Part shown: positions 37,101-50,153 of the stretch, piece by piece
Position numbering within the stretch: the first letter of the stretch is position 1
Layout of the letters: each line of letters opens with the position of its first letter
Source: Mobula hypostoma
Taxonomy: Eukaryota
DNA length: 64,000 nt
Direction of reading: 5' to 3'
NCBI RefSeq assembly: GCF_963921235.1
Contig: NC_086097.1
Location: 216,196,001-216,260,000, forward strand
Position numbers and translations under genes: made by a program
The notes under the pieces: generated by a model
What the model saw: only the letters and a program-made list of their open reading frames with translations
Database searches by the model: none
Told to the model about the DNA's origin: nothing

Positions 37101-39017
37101 TGCCGTCTCCCACTTGGACATTGATTTGATCAAACCCATCCGGGCAGCGGATCCTGCCATCTCCTACTCTGGTTCCGATGACCCTGGACACTCCAGATCA
37201 TGAATACCATGATCGCCAACACCGATTCCAACAAACAACTCTGAATGCCTTCAAACTGTGAATTACACGGCCTCTAGCTCCGGTTCCAGCCTGGACCTTG
37301 GCTGCCACCACCTCCAGGCCGACACCTTCCTCACTGCTGCCTGGCCTCCAGGCTCCCCTTCCCCACACCATCACTCTCTAGCTGGGTTTCCCAAGCTCCT
37401 CCATCACTTCTTACACCCTCTGAGCTTCCACCTTCCTCCCACTCTACCTTCACTGAACTTCACAACCCTCCCCCTCCTCAGATGCCACCAACTCTCCTCC
37501 CACCTCTGATCCCTGCCGTGAATTCACCATTCCCTCCAACACTCCCCTCTATGCGGCAGAACATTCTGTCCTCAGCAAGGGCCTTACCATTGTCCCCCTC
37601 TACCCACACCTGAGTGAGTTTTGTGCCAGCCACGATGCCAAGCATTTCTTCTCCAAGCTCACTTGTTTGGCAAGGATTCTCCACCCCACACCAACGACCC
37701 CTTCTCCTATCTCCAACCCTCCTCCTCCTTTTGGCGACCTCTCTGTGGTTCTTTGCCTGCCCTGGATCTTTGAACTCTAATTGCTGATGAGGCCTGACTT
37801 CAGCATTCCTTTCTCCTCCTTGACCCTTACCCCTCTGAATGCACTGCCCTCACCAATCCCAACCTTACCTTCAAACCCGCAGACAAGGGGGGTGCTGTTT
37901 TAGTGTGGTGGACTGACCTCTACTTTGATGAGCCCAGGTGGCAACCGTCTCTTACTTACCCTATGAAAAGGACTCCACTCCGTACTCCAACACCATCACT
38001 AACATCATCAACTCAGGATTACTTCCATCCACTGCCACCAAACTCACAGTTCTCTTACCCTGCACGGCTCATTTCTACCTCCTACCCAAGATCCACAAAC
38101 ATGACATGCAGGTCCATTGTCTTTGCCTGCTCATGCCCTACTGAACTCGTCTCCACCTACTTTGACTCCATTCTATCCCCCTTGGTTCCATTCCTTCCCA
38201 GCTATATCCAAGACACTTCTCATGCTCTTGAACTCCTCAACAACTTTCAACTCCCTGGCTTTGATCAACTCATTGTCACCATGGATATCAACTTTGCCTC
38301 CAACTTCCACCCTGCCCTTAAATTTACTTGGTCCATTTCTGACAACTCTCTCCCCTCTCTCAATCTCTCTGTCTCCATCTCTGGAGACAAGCTGTCTACT
38401 GACTTTTTTATAAACCTACTGATTCCCACGGCAACATTGACGACACCTCTTCTCACCCTGTCTCCAGTAAAAATGCTATTCCCTTTTCTCAGGTTCTTTG
38501 TCTCTGTTGCAATTGTTCCCAGGACGAGACTTCCCTTTCCAGGACAGCAGATATGTCCTCCTCTTTCAAAGAACGAGCCGTCTTTTCCTCTACCATTGAT
38601 GCTGCCCCCACCTGTGCCTCCTCCATTTCTCGGACATCCACGTTCACCCCATTTCCCATCACCTTAACAGAGATAGAGTTTCTCTTGTCCTCACCTACCA
38701 TCCCATGAGCCTACACATCCAACACAGCATTCTTTGCAGCATCCCCCATCTTCACAGGATCCTTCCACCAAATTCATCTTTACTGCACCCCCCTACTCTC
38801 TGCTTTCTATAGAAATCGCTCCATCGGTGATTCTCTTTCATTCATTCCTCCCCACTCACTCCTGGCACATATCCCTGCAAGAGACAGAAATGCTACATCT
38901 GCCCATTCACCTCCTTCTTCACCTCCATTCAAGGCCCCCAAACAATTCTCCCAGGTGCAAACCATTTGGGGTTGTCTCTTGTATCCATTGATCCTGATGC
39001 AGCCTCCACCACATTGG

Positions 39018-39976
39018 TGTGTGAGGGAATCCAGGAGTACCCCTATTAACTGTTTGGAGAGAGACATTTATCATCGATGGTTTGTTTGGAAAGGAGAGAG
39101 ACAGAGTTATTTACCACTGATATGTTGCTTTTGAAAAGAGAGAGAGAGACCAAGATTGACAGTTGGACTGTCACTTTAAAGCATTGGAAGTAACGTTGGA
39201 TTTTTACTGAGTTGGAGTTGGAGACAGCACCGAGCAGCTCGAAGGTTGCTATGGTGACCAAAGGCTGGTTGTTGATGTTGCTTTCAAGGACTTGTTGCCT
39301 GCTTGCACTTCTTTACAGACAAAGGAAGGAGGAACTCTTTGAGTGACAGGTGATGCTCAGCCGGGTGAAATAAATGGGAGGTCAGATGATACAGACCTCA
39401 GGACACATGATCTGGACACTGAATGAGCATTGTTGTGCCCGCAGAGAAAGTGGGTTTTGGAGGATCGATCAGGCAGATTGATCCAAATTGCTATTCCAGC
39501 GGTGAAGAAGGGGTTGACTGGTGGCGAGTTGTCTATGTGTCCACCCTTGCCGGGGTGATAGCTCCACCACAGAAGACCGGTCCCCCTGGTTAAAGTCACA
39601 GTCAGTGACTTGTAAAGGATTTTGGAGGACCATGAGAAGATCAAAGGTATCAGCTCACCTGAAGACTCAACTCTCTCTCTCTCTGTCTCTCCCTGTCTCC
39701 ATCACTACTCAAATAAATACCACGAACTGAACTGAACTGAACTTTACTCAACATCGTAACACTGTGTCTTTTTACCCCTAGACTTAAAGAAGCTTGGTTT
39801 TTCATACATATACATTCCACACTTACTTTTATATATAATCATTGCTAACCTGTTTGATCTATTTACATTTATATTACTGTATTGCGTAGTTACTAATAAA
39901 TATTAGTAGTTTATAGCAATACGAGACTCCAAAGTGTTTTCCATCTCTGCTGGTTTCTTAACCTGTCACGGGGTAC
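39018..39976 (+). mobile_element. Solo LTR-like insertion, right end clipped
   Basis: Non-coding block inside the PLE, starting TGTG. Subterminal inverted motifs GTACCCC (~39037) and GGGGTAC (~39970). AATAAA at about 39895. No terminal CA or TSD is visible. Confidence 0.55.
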
Positions 39977-40400
39977 TTTCCAGTGGCCAACATTTTTAGT
40001 TTCTATCCACATTCCCGTTTAAACATATCAGCCCATGGCTTTCTCTATTGCCACGATGAGGCCCACTCTCAGGGTAGAGGATCAATACCTCATCTTCTGT
40101 CTGGGTAGCCTCCAACCTGCTGGCTTGAACATCGAATTCTCCTTCCAGTAGCTTTCCCCTTTCCTTCCCTTTCCTTCTATTCCCCACTTTGGCCTCTTAA
40201 TTCTTATCCTGGCCTGCCTATCACCTTCCCCTGGTGCTCCTCCTTCTTCCCTTGGTTCCATAGTCTACTCTCCTCTCCTATCAGATTCCTTCATCTCCAG
40301 CCTTTACCTTTCCCACCCACCTGGCTTCACCTATCACTTTCTATCTTGTCTTCCTTCTTCTCCTCTTACCTTTTTATTCTGGCATCTTCCCCTTACTTTC

Positions 40401-40438
40401 CGGTCCTGAAGAAAGGTCTTGGCCCGAAACATCAACTG
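40401..40438 (+). ncRNA. Degenerate minimal hammerhead motif at PLE terminus
   Basis: CGGUC-CUGAAGA-AAGGUCUUGGCCC-GAAA-CA-UC-AACUG. The core is kept but the stems are eroded. Confidence 0.6.
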
Positions 40439-40610
40439 TTTATTCTTTCCATAGATACTGCCTAAGCTGAGGAGTTCCTCCAGCAATTTTTGTGTGTCCC
40501 ATCATCCCTAAACCCACAGATTTATATCTTGTATTGCCTCGCTTTTTGCCCTCACCATTTTCAAGTTGCTCCACAGCTTCCTACTCTTTAATTTTGTAGC
40601 TTCCTCCAAT

Positions 40611-42740
40611 TGTCAGGAAATGTAGGTAGTGCAGGCTTGACCCAAACACAAAGCAACAGAGACGATTTAGCAGTGAGCGATCATTTTAATAATAAACTGC
40701 AAAGTAAAAAGCCATGAGGGGCCACAAAACACGAGAAAACGGATACTTGACCCAAGGCAACAAGATAACTGAAGGCTCGGAGCAACTGGTTGAGGCTGTC
40801 TGGTTTGATGAGTGAGCAAGGACTGTGTATGAGAGCTGGGTTTAAATAGGCTTCAGGTGACGAGTTGGAAATGAGAGGCACGTGAATCCTGTTTGCTGGG
40901 TAGAGACTGGGGGATGCCTGCATGTCAGGCATGATAGGACCACACCCACCCATTGCCGGAACCCAACAGCCCAGAACAATGCAGATGGGTCTGGTGGAAC
41001 TCCTCGATGAGCAATGGATCCAAGATGAAACTGGATGGCACCCAAGATCTCTCCTCCAGACCATACTCATCCCATTTGACCAAGTACTGCACACACTATC
41101 CATGACAGTGTGAATACGTTAACTGGTGAACTGTGTACACTGGACCACTTTCCACCATTTTAGGTTCCAGAGGTGCAGGATCAGGTGTGCTCAGGGGTCT
41201 ATGGACAACGAGCAGGACACATGGAAGGTAGATGTGAGCATGAAGAACGGTGACAGCTGGAGATGGTAAGAGACTGGATTGATATGATGGGTGATCTTGA
41301 AGGGACTAAGGAACTGGGGCAGGAGCTTAGAGCAGAGGACAGCCAGACACAGTCCCCAGGCCAGAGTCGGCTAGCTGGGTACTGCCGGTGTTTGGCTTGG
41401 TGGCAGTAGGTGTGGCTGGAAGCTAGGGTTCCATGTCTACTTCCAAGCATCTTGCAGCAGCAAACCAGTGCCCTGGTGGACGGGCTTCTAATGTTGGATC
41501 CACCATGAGGAACAATGGGGTTTGGTAGCCCTGAAGCACTTCAAAGGGTGACGTACCCGTGGCCGGGGAGGTGTGTAGATTGTGGAAGTGTTCAGCCCAG
41601 GGCAGATATTTCTTCTATGTGGAAGCTGGGGGTGGTGAAATAGCGCAGAGACTTCTCCACTTGCTGGCTGGATCTTTCTGACCGTCCATCAGTCCGCAGA
41701 TGATAGCCAGATGACAAACCGACCAATGTGCAGAGGAGGTATCAGAAGGCTAGCCAGAAGTGTGAGAGGAATTGAGGGCCCTGAAGGACCATGAAGGTGA
41801 ACTACCTTCTCAGCAAATGATGGAGTTTGGAGAGGGGCAATGAAGGGGTCTGGGTTGGAGAACTGGTTCAGCACTGTCATAATCACCATGGCCACATCGG
41901 AAGGTGACAAACCCCTGATGAAGTAGATGGCAAAGTAGGACCACGGGAGGTGGGGGACCTGTAGAGGTCACAGGAGCCTAGACAGCCACTTGTAGAAGGA
42001 AATTGACAGGGCACATTGAGGGCAGGTAGCAATGAAGTGATGTATATCTGTGATCAGGGTGGACCACCAGAACCGGCGTTGCAGAAAACCAGGGTTCGCC
42101 TGCTTGGCTGAAGAGGGGTGAGGAATGGCCTAAGAGCACATGGCGCCTGTTACTTACATGCAGTTGTCAGGTGTGTTGGCCTGGCAGAGCTGGTTCTCAA
42201 GATTCCCCATGATTGAGGCAAGGATCTGCATTAATGGAATGATGGGCTGAGGGTCGATCTTCGTTTCATGCGGGTCAAACTGTTGATAAAGGGCGTCTGG
42301 CTTATTGTTCTTGGAGCAGGCTCAGTAGGAGAAGGTGAAGTTGAATTGCTCAAAGAAGAGGGCCCAACGAGCCTAACCTGGGTGGAATTGGTGGGTCTGT
42401 TGTATGGATATGAGGTTCTGATAGTCAGCCCAGATCAGGAAGGGTTCAGTGTTCCCCATCAGCCAATGTCTCTACTCCTCCAAGGCCCATTTAATGGCAA
42501 GTAGCTCCCTGTCTCCTACTTCATAGAGGCACTGTGTATAGCTGAACTTGCTTGAGGAGAGGGCATGAGGGTGTGTCTTCCTGTTCAGTCCTCACTGAAA
42601 GAGGATGTCCCCAGCACCCTCATCAGATGCATCCACCTCGACCACAAAAGGTCTGGGGGGTTCGGACAGTGGAAAATGGGAGTGGTGATGAAGCGCCCCT
42701 TGAATTCCTTGGAAGTATGGGCTGTGGCAGCAGACCCATA
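40611..42740 (-). mobile_element. Gypsy chromovirus (sushi-type), 3' half: RNase H, integrase, chromodomain, PPT, 3' LTR
   Basis: Minus-strand translation gives YEVGDRELLAIKWALEE*RHWL...ARWALFFEQFNF (RNase H) and [31 protein letters not shown] (chromodomain, ~40990-41087). A G-rich PPT lies at about 40937-40951 and the LTR at about 40611-40936. Confidence 0.88.
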
Positions 42741-43579
42741 ATCTTTGGACTCACTTTGAGGGACTCTTCACCTCATGGTCTTAATATTTACTGCTTATTT
42801 ATTTATTATTATTGTTATTTTTTTTCTTTCTCTTTGAAATTGCACATGTAACGCTTAGGGCTATCAACTCACGTTTGTCTATGGGAAATCCCGTCCGCCC
42901 GTCAAACCGTGTCTCTTGTTTGTGTAGATTTACACTTTGGTACAAATTCACACATAAGATATCAGACAGCACACAAGGTACAATTAACTGATTACACTTT
43001 ATAAATCTTAACGTGACGATGTGGTTAATAGACATACAAATACAAAAGGAAAAGAAACAGGTGTCAAACTTATCAGAGTTCAACCAATTTGTGCACAACT
43101 GTTGGAGCTCAAATAACGGAGTCTTCTCTCCACCATGCGACCTCCTCGACCCTCCGACTGGGACCAACCACGGTGGTCTACCAGAGCGCATCCAGTACGT
43201 CCTTCCACTTCATTCTTCCTCGCTGAAAATAGCCCCCAAGCCCGCGCAAACTAACAGCTTTCACACAGACAGAAAGAATAATATCTCGTCCATTGGTTAT
43301 CAAATGAATACAAGTCCCGTTATCACTAATTATAACCCAAACATGCTACTACAGAGAACCTTACCTCACCAGTTAACATTATAGAGAAGCCATTTCATTA
43401 TTAGCAGTTAGCAGTTAATATTACTGAGAACTCTACATTCTCCCCACACCGAATTTAGTCATGCCCTCATGATGTTCAGATAATTCGCCAACCCTTCCTG
43501 CAAAACACAGAGCCCAATCCAAGTGCAGAAGGCAGTGATATAACTCCCCAAAACAGTAGAGATCACACCTTGCTCCCCA

Positions 43580-46500
43580 GGTGCTACATAGGTGCATGTA
43601 CACAGTTGTAACAGTGAACCAGATGCCCAATATGTTGTCTCCATCTACACTTTTTGCTGATCTCCAGAGTCCTGAGCATGTCTAGCAAGGTCCAATTAAA
43701 CCTCTCAGGCTGGGGATTGCCCTGCGGGTGATAGGGTGTGGTCCTCGATTTCTCAACTCCCAGCATGCCCAGTAACTCAGATGAGCTTACTCTCAAAATC
43801 CCGTCCTTGGTCACTATGTATCCGCCGGGAAAGGCTGTAATGCACCAAATACTTCTCCCATAACACTTCTGTCACCATCGTCGCCCTCTGGTCCTTGGTA
43901 GGAAAAGCCTGAGCATACCTGGTGTAGTGGTCCGTGATGACTAGGACATTCACCGTGTTGCTGGCATTGGGTTCAATGGACAGAATATCCATACACACCA
44001 GGGCCAGGGGCCCTGCACTCTGCAAGTGTGACAAAGGAGCAGCCTGCACAGGCAGTGCCTTCGGGCAAATGCAGTGAATGCACGACTTGCAGTACTCTTC
44101 AACCTCCAACCTCATTCGAGGCCAGTATAACCTGTCTTTGAGCAATTCATAGGTCTTCTCCACCCCCAAATGTCCAGACTCATCGTGCAGTGACTTCAAC
44201 GCAATCTTCCAATACTTCTCAGGCAGGACCAACTGCCAACACCGAGGTCGGTCTGGGGGGTGACGTTACCCAGTATAAAATTTGTTTCCTCAACTTTAGC
44301 TGAGGCCATTCTCTCAATAATGGAGGCACCAAAGTGTGTTTCGTCTTCTCCACCCGCGCCATTTCCCTCTTTTCCACCGTGTACCAAACAGTGCCAATGC
44401 CTGGGTCATCTTGCTGAGCAGCTGCCAGTTCCCCCGGACTCAATTCCAGCAGCTGCTTGGTCTTCAGAGCAGTCAGGTCACAGTAAACTGGGGGTAGAGC
44501 GTCATCAGAAGTTCCCAATGGGTGCACTGCACGATCCAGCCTTTCCTTTTCCTCGGCCTTCACGGTGATAGCAAACTGACACATGGCCTTCACCCCCGGG
44601 GCAGGAACGCTCTCCCACTCCTGGTTCCTCTCCAGTTCCTCATGCACCCGTCGGATCAAAGCGTCCCCATCGACATTCCGGCTCCCCGGCCGGTACTTCA
44701 GGCTGAAATCATATACAGACAAGGCCGCCAACCACCAATGGCCTGTGGCATCCAGTTTTGCCGAAGTCAGGATATAAGTAAGTGGGTTGTTGTCTGTCCT
44801 CACCTCAAACTTAGCCCTGTAGAGATAGTCACTCAGCTTATCCACCACCGCTCATTCCAATGCCAGGAACTCCAACTTGTAGGTGGGGTAGTTTCTCTCG
44901 GAGAGCGACAAACTCTGGCTGACAAAAGCTACAGGTCTCAACCCAGTGCCCTGATCATGATACAAGACGGCCCCTAATCCCTCTCGGCTGGTATCGGTGT
45001 GTAGTACACAGGGCAATCTGGGGTCTGCAAAAGCCAGCACTGGAGCCTGGATCAGCAACCCTTTCAGTGATTTAAGAACCTCCTCACAGTTTGCATCCCA
45101 ACCCTGTCTGAAGGGCTCTGACGGGTTGAGATAGTCTCCAACCTCCCGTCCCCTTTTCCCTTTCTTCCCCAAGGGAGGGTAACCACGCAGAAGCTGGTGC
45201 AAGCGGTGACTCACTTTGGCGTAGCCCTTCATGAATCTGCAATAATAACGACAGAACCCCAAGAACGAGTGCAGAGTGCTCACAGTCTGGGGACTCCACC
45301 ACGTGGTCACCGCTTCTATCTTAGCTGGGTCTGTAGCTACTCCATTCCGCGAGAGTATGTGCCCAACTTAGCTAACAGATGTCTTGCAGAACTGGCACTT
45401 GTCCAGGGAAAGTTTTAACCCTTCCTCCTTCAGTCAGCTTAGCACCTTCAGTAGCCTCGCTTCATGTTCTTCCAAGGTGGATCCAAATACTATCAAATCA
45501 TCCAAATACACCAACACTTCAAGCAAATTCATATCCCCAATCGTCTTCTTCATGACCCTCTGGAAGGTGGCAGGGGCTCCCAATATGCCCTGGGGCATCC
45601 TTTCAAACTGGAAAAATCCCAGAGGGCATATAAATGCCGTTTTCTCTTTGTCGGCCTCACTCATCAGGATCTAGTAATATCCACTCCTCAAGTCCAGCAC
45701 ACTGAACCACTTCGCTCCACTCAGACAGGCCAGCGCGTCTTCAACCCTCGGGATCATATACTGGTCAGGGACAGTGTGCCGGTTCAGGGTCCTATATTCC
45801 ACACACATGCGTGCCATTCCGTTTTCTTCCAGGCCACTACTATTGGGGACGGATAAGGGCTTCGGGATTCAGAAATGATTCCAGCTTCCTTCAACTTACG
45901 CAGGTGCTGGCGCACGTCTTCTACATCTGCAGGGGCCATTCGCCGCGACCTCTCCCTAAACAGGGCGTCCTCAGTCACTCGGATGGCGTGACGAGTGCTT
46001 TTGGGATAACCCACATCAAACTCACCAAGGGAAAAAACATCTCCCAGCTTTAACATCTTCTCCACCAGCGTCTTCTTCCAACCTGGCAGCACAGGAGAGT
46101 CCCCAAAGTTAAAGGCCTCGGCAGTCAGCTTCCCACTGTTTTCCAATCATTTCCCCCACCCCCCCAGCGTGCCTCATGTGGGCACTAGACATTACAGTCA
46201 CCGGGAACAAATGCACCAGCGGCATCCCTCTCTTAAAGGTGATTTCTCTTTGTAGTGTTCCTGACAATCACAGCCATCCTGCTCACCTATACCATTAAGG
46301 GTCTCTGCACTTCGGGCCTCACTAGCACCCCAGCTGGAAATCTTGACTCCCCCTTGAGGTCTTACTCATGATCCACTAGTGGAGTGGTCCACTAAAAGGG
46401 CCTCGCCATCAGGCTCTCCGGGAAATCTGGGGGTTCCCATCACTCTCGCTACTTCTCTGGGCCTTGTTACCTTAGGCTTCCTTGGGTGCACCACACAGTC

Positions 46501-47000
46501 CCTTGTTTAAATTCAGTATCCAGCCCAGGGTGGTTCCGCACTTCCTCAAAGGCAGCTCGAAACATTGGGTGCACAGCCCGGGTCTCCAGAAAGTTCTCAC
46601 CCGCCCTCTCCTGGCAGGCCCCCATGAGCCTCCGCGCCACAGGGGTGTTGGTCCCCACCAGAACTGAAGCACCGCCCCGTCTCAACCGGGTCCACACAAA
46701 CCAGCACTAATGTTTCCAGAACTTCAGACACTCCCACATCGGCTCCTGAAAACTCCAGTCTCACTGACAAATACCCGACATACGGATAATCATCAGCACT
46801 GACGCCCCGAATCTCCGGCGCATTGAATGGGGTCAAGGGCAAGTGCTTTAAATACTGGTTGTAAAATGAACGGTACAGTAACGTGACCTGTGACCCGGTG
46901 TCGAGTATGGCTTTAGCATAGATTCCCTCCATCCGTAGCGACAGGCTGGATCGGGGTCCCACTAGTCCTTCTGGAATCACTTTCGGGGGTTCCTTGGTAC
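43580..47000 (-). pseudogene. Gypsy pol (protease, RT, RNase H, integrase), disrupted
   Basis: Motifs AILDTGSQVT, RMPQG...VYLDD, LHTDTSREGLGAVL, VRTDNNPL, the HHCC finger and DDE core (CMD, HSDQG, PERFN). Many stops and frameshifts. The integrase C-terminus is deleted. Confidence 0.93.
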
Positions 47001-47039
47001 ATCACTGGGAACATGCTCCCCTACAGACACCAGGCCGTT

Positions 47040-48454
47040 CCCTCACTGGGTCTCCTCTAAGTTTCCCAACACCTCTCCCTGCTTGGATGCCCGGGGACTC
47101 GCCCTCCGAGGGGCTCCCTGCTGTTCATATTCCCGCCGGAAGTGGCCCTCTTCCCCACAGTTACAGCACACCCCCTACCACTCACATTCTCTCTGAAAAT
47201 ATCCCTCTTTCCCTCAGTTATAGCACTCGCTACTGGCCACCCCTCTTCTCACGGACCCCCCACCGCTCTCAGTTCTCTGTGCTGTCCGTCCCCTGGGGGC
47301 AGCCCTGCCTACTGACTCCTCAGTTCTCAGCTCGGCCACCACCTCCTTTATCAATTTCTGGGTGGAGCCGGCTCCGCTCACTTCCCGACCGGGGCTACAC
47401 CTGAGGATTTCACCCCACTGACAGAGTCCTCCCACGGCCCCAATACGTTTTCATCCCCCCTCACATCTCTGATCAGCTGAACAAATGTCAGAGGGCGCGT
47501 TTTATAGGACTGCTGGAGACTCCAAGCAATCTTGTCCTCAGCCTGGGCACCCCTAGTTACCTGATCCATCCTTAACTGATCCACCTGTTCAGCCCAAGTG
47601 ACCCCCCGCGCCCCCCCCCCCGGCGCTGCAACCCACTAAGCCGTCTCTCTAGTCGAAAAAGGTACGCGGACAGCTTCTCACCCTGCTCCTGATGCATGTT
47701 TTGAAACTCCCCGAGGAGCTCCCAGGAGCTCCCGGTCAACCCAAAAGCACTTTCCAGGGCCTCCAGATAGTCATTCAGTGGCCAAAGGCTGGTTAACCTT
47801 CACGCCTCGCACTACCCTAGACGCCACTCCCCGTAAACTTTCAACTAATCTCTGTCGCTTTTCCTCATCCAAGCACTGCCACTCACTTAACAACTGCGAC
47901 ATTTGCTCTACCCATGTCTCATAATCCTCTTCACGTTCGGGGGTGGGTGTTATCCCCGAGAAAATTCTTATTTTCTGGCGGGGCCCCTCTGCCCTTCTCG
48001 CCAGAGAGGTAATTGCAGATACCAACTTGGAACTCTCGCCTTTCGCTGGGGAATGGGAACTAACCAAATTTTCCAAATCTAATCACTCCTTCCCTTCATC
48101 CCTCAGTACCAAGAGAATTCGTTCCCTTTGATTCCCACCTTCATTCACTGGCAACTCAGCTCGCTGGGCTCCAGCCCCTCCCTCCCTGACAATTTGCTGA
48201 CGCATGGCCCCGCCTCCCCTGGGACGCCAATCTCCTCTGGCAATTCCGCCCCTCCCATATCCTCACTTGTCTGTACCTGCTGCAAAATCAAAGTTTCGAT
48301 ATACAATTTCCACTTTGCCAACAGCTTTAACCGTACCCAAACTTTGCAGTAACACGTCATCCGGTACACTAGTCTCCACCCCCCTCAACACACACGCATT
48401 GCCTGCTGGCACCCCCACAGCCGCACACCATCGCCGAAATGCAGCTGTCACCAT
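47040..48454 (-). pseudogene. Gypsy gag of the PNMA (paraneoplastic Ma)-like type, disrupted
   Basis: N-terminal FRRWCAAVGVPAGNACVLRGV. Capsid segment IRIFSGITPTPEREEDYETWVEQ...EWQCLDEEKRQRLVESLRG. Two degenerate CCHC knuckles at about 47125-47230. Confidence 0.88.
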
Positions 48455-48502
48455 CACCACTGTACTTTAAACAGAGTGGTCACACAGCGTCCACGGAATT
48501 CA

Positions 48503-48521
48503 ATCCTGGACGAGCCACCCA
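48503..48521 (-). promoter_or_regulatory. Primer-binding site, tRNA-Pro type
   Basis: Minus strand TGGGTGGCTCGTCCAGGAT just after the 5' LTR resembles the established tRNA-Pro PBS TGGGGGCTCGTCCGGGAT. Confidence 0.85.
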
Positions 48522-49039
48522 CAAATGTAACGCTTAGGGGTAAAAACTCAGGTTTGTCTAGGGGAAACCCTGTCCGCCCGCCAAACCGTGTCCCACGTTT
48601 GTGTAGATGCTGTGTAATGCACCCCGGTACAAGCTCACACATAAGATATCAGACAGCACACAAGGTACGATTAACTGATTACACTTTGTAAATCTTAATG
48701 TGGCTATGTGGTTAATAGAGATACAAATACAAAAGGAAAAAAAAAGAACCTTACCTCATCAGTTAACATTACAGAGAAGCCATTCTTTATTAGTGGTTAG
48801 CAGTTAATATTACAGTTAATATTACTGAGAACCCTACACACAGTTTGTTCTCTTTTGGCGTTTGTCTTAATGAGTGTAATCTTCCATTGATTCTATTGTG
48901 TTACTTTCTATTTCCTGTGAGTGCTCACAAGAAAATAAAGCTCAGGGTCGTATACAGTGACATATATGTACTCTGATAATAAATTCACTTTGAAATTTCA
49001 ACTTTCTGTGGAGTCCTTGAAAGTAAGTATTTAGTTGTG

Positions 49040-50025
49040 GAATCAGTTCAGCGTTGAGGGGAAGTTACCAATGCCATCTCAGAAGCCTGGTAGCTGTAAG
49101 GTAATAACTGCTCCTGAACATGTTGATGTGGGACCTGAGGCTTCTGTACTTCCTTTCTGATGGAAGAAGCGTGAAGAGTGCGTAGTGTGGATGGTCTTGA
49201 CTGAGCGAAGGACTTTGAAAGTGGATGCTGCTTTTATGTGGCAGCACTCTATGTAAGTATGCTCAATGGTTTTGCCTGTGATGGACTGGGCTGTGTCTAC
49301 CACTTTCTGTAGACTCTTCTATAGGCATTAGTATTTCCATGGCAGGTCATGCTGCAACCACTTGGAACACTTTCCACTGTCCATCTAGAGAAGTTTGTCA
49401 AAGTTTTTGGTGACGTGCCAAATCTCTACACACTTCTAAGTAAGTAGAAGTGTTGTCGTGTCTTATTTGTGACGGCATTTATGTGCTGTCCCCAGCACAG
49501 ATCCTCTGATATCATAACACCAAGGAATTTGACGTTACTAACTTTCTCCATCTCTGAATCCCGTGTGAAAACTGGCACATGTCCTTCTGTAATGTATAAT
49601 CAGCTCTTTGGTTTTGCTGACATTGAATGAGAGGATGTTGTTGTGGCACCACTCAACTGGACTTTCAGTTTCCCTCCTACTGGACATGCTAATACGTCAT
49701 TACCTTTGATGTAACCAACAACAGTGGTGGCATCAAATATGACGTTGAATCTGTACTTAACCTACAATGATAGGTATAAAATAGTCATAGTCATACTTTA
49801 TTGATCCCAGGGGGAAATTGGTTTTCGTTACAGTTGCACCATAAATAATAAATAGTAATAGAACCATAAATAGTTAAATAGTAATATGCAAATTATGCCA
49901 GTAAATTATGAAATAAGTCCAGGTCCAGCCTATTGACTCGGTGTCTGACCCTCCAAGGGAGGAGTTGTGAAGTTTGATGGCCACAGGCAGGAATGACTTC
50001 CTATGACGCTCTGTGCTGCATCTCG
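49040..50025 (-). mobile_element. Old Rex1 fragment (49040-~49780) plus a younger Rex1 3' end (~49782-50025)
   Basis: ORFs 49065-49303 (VDTAQSITGK, LFTLLPSERKYRSLR). 49782-50025 is the reverse complement of 28560-28810. Confidence 0.85.
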
Positions 50026-50153
50026 AGAAAAATGAGAAAAGCAGGGGCTATGCAGACAGCCTTGTGGTGCACCTGTGCTGGTAGAATTTGTTCTGGCCAC
50101 CCATGTGACCCAGACTGGTTATACAAGGCACTGATGCCAGCAAGTTCTTCATC

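Larger units (their letters stand above)
36750..40500 (+). mobile_element. Decayed Penelope-like element (RT and GIY-YIG remnants), interrupted by an LTR
   Basis: KPADKGGAV at about 37870, AHFYLLPKIHK, SIVFACSCPTELVS, SYIQDTSHAL and NFHPALKFTWSIS. The C-terminal region resumes after 39976. The terminal repeat with a hammerhead core lies at 40401-40500. The 5' boundary is uncertain. Confidence 0.85.
42847..48838 (-). mobile_element. Full-length Gypsy LTR retrotransposon with PNMA-like gag, decayed
   Basis: Two LTRs (42847-43437 and 48526-48838, TGTAACGCTTAGGG...CTACA) and a 4-bp TSD CACA (42843-42846, 48839-48842). PBS and PPT (43438-43450) are present, with gag-PR-RT-RH-IN order. It is inserted in a Rex1 3' tail (~42745-42846 and 48839-49003). 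Confidence 0.97.

Noticed and set aside
47771..48460. PNMA-like ORFs considered as a domesticated host gene
   Set aside because: They are frameshifted and embedded in a complete LTR element with pol, PBS and TSD.
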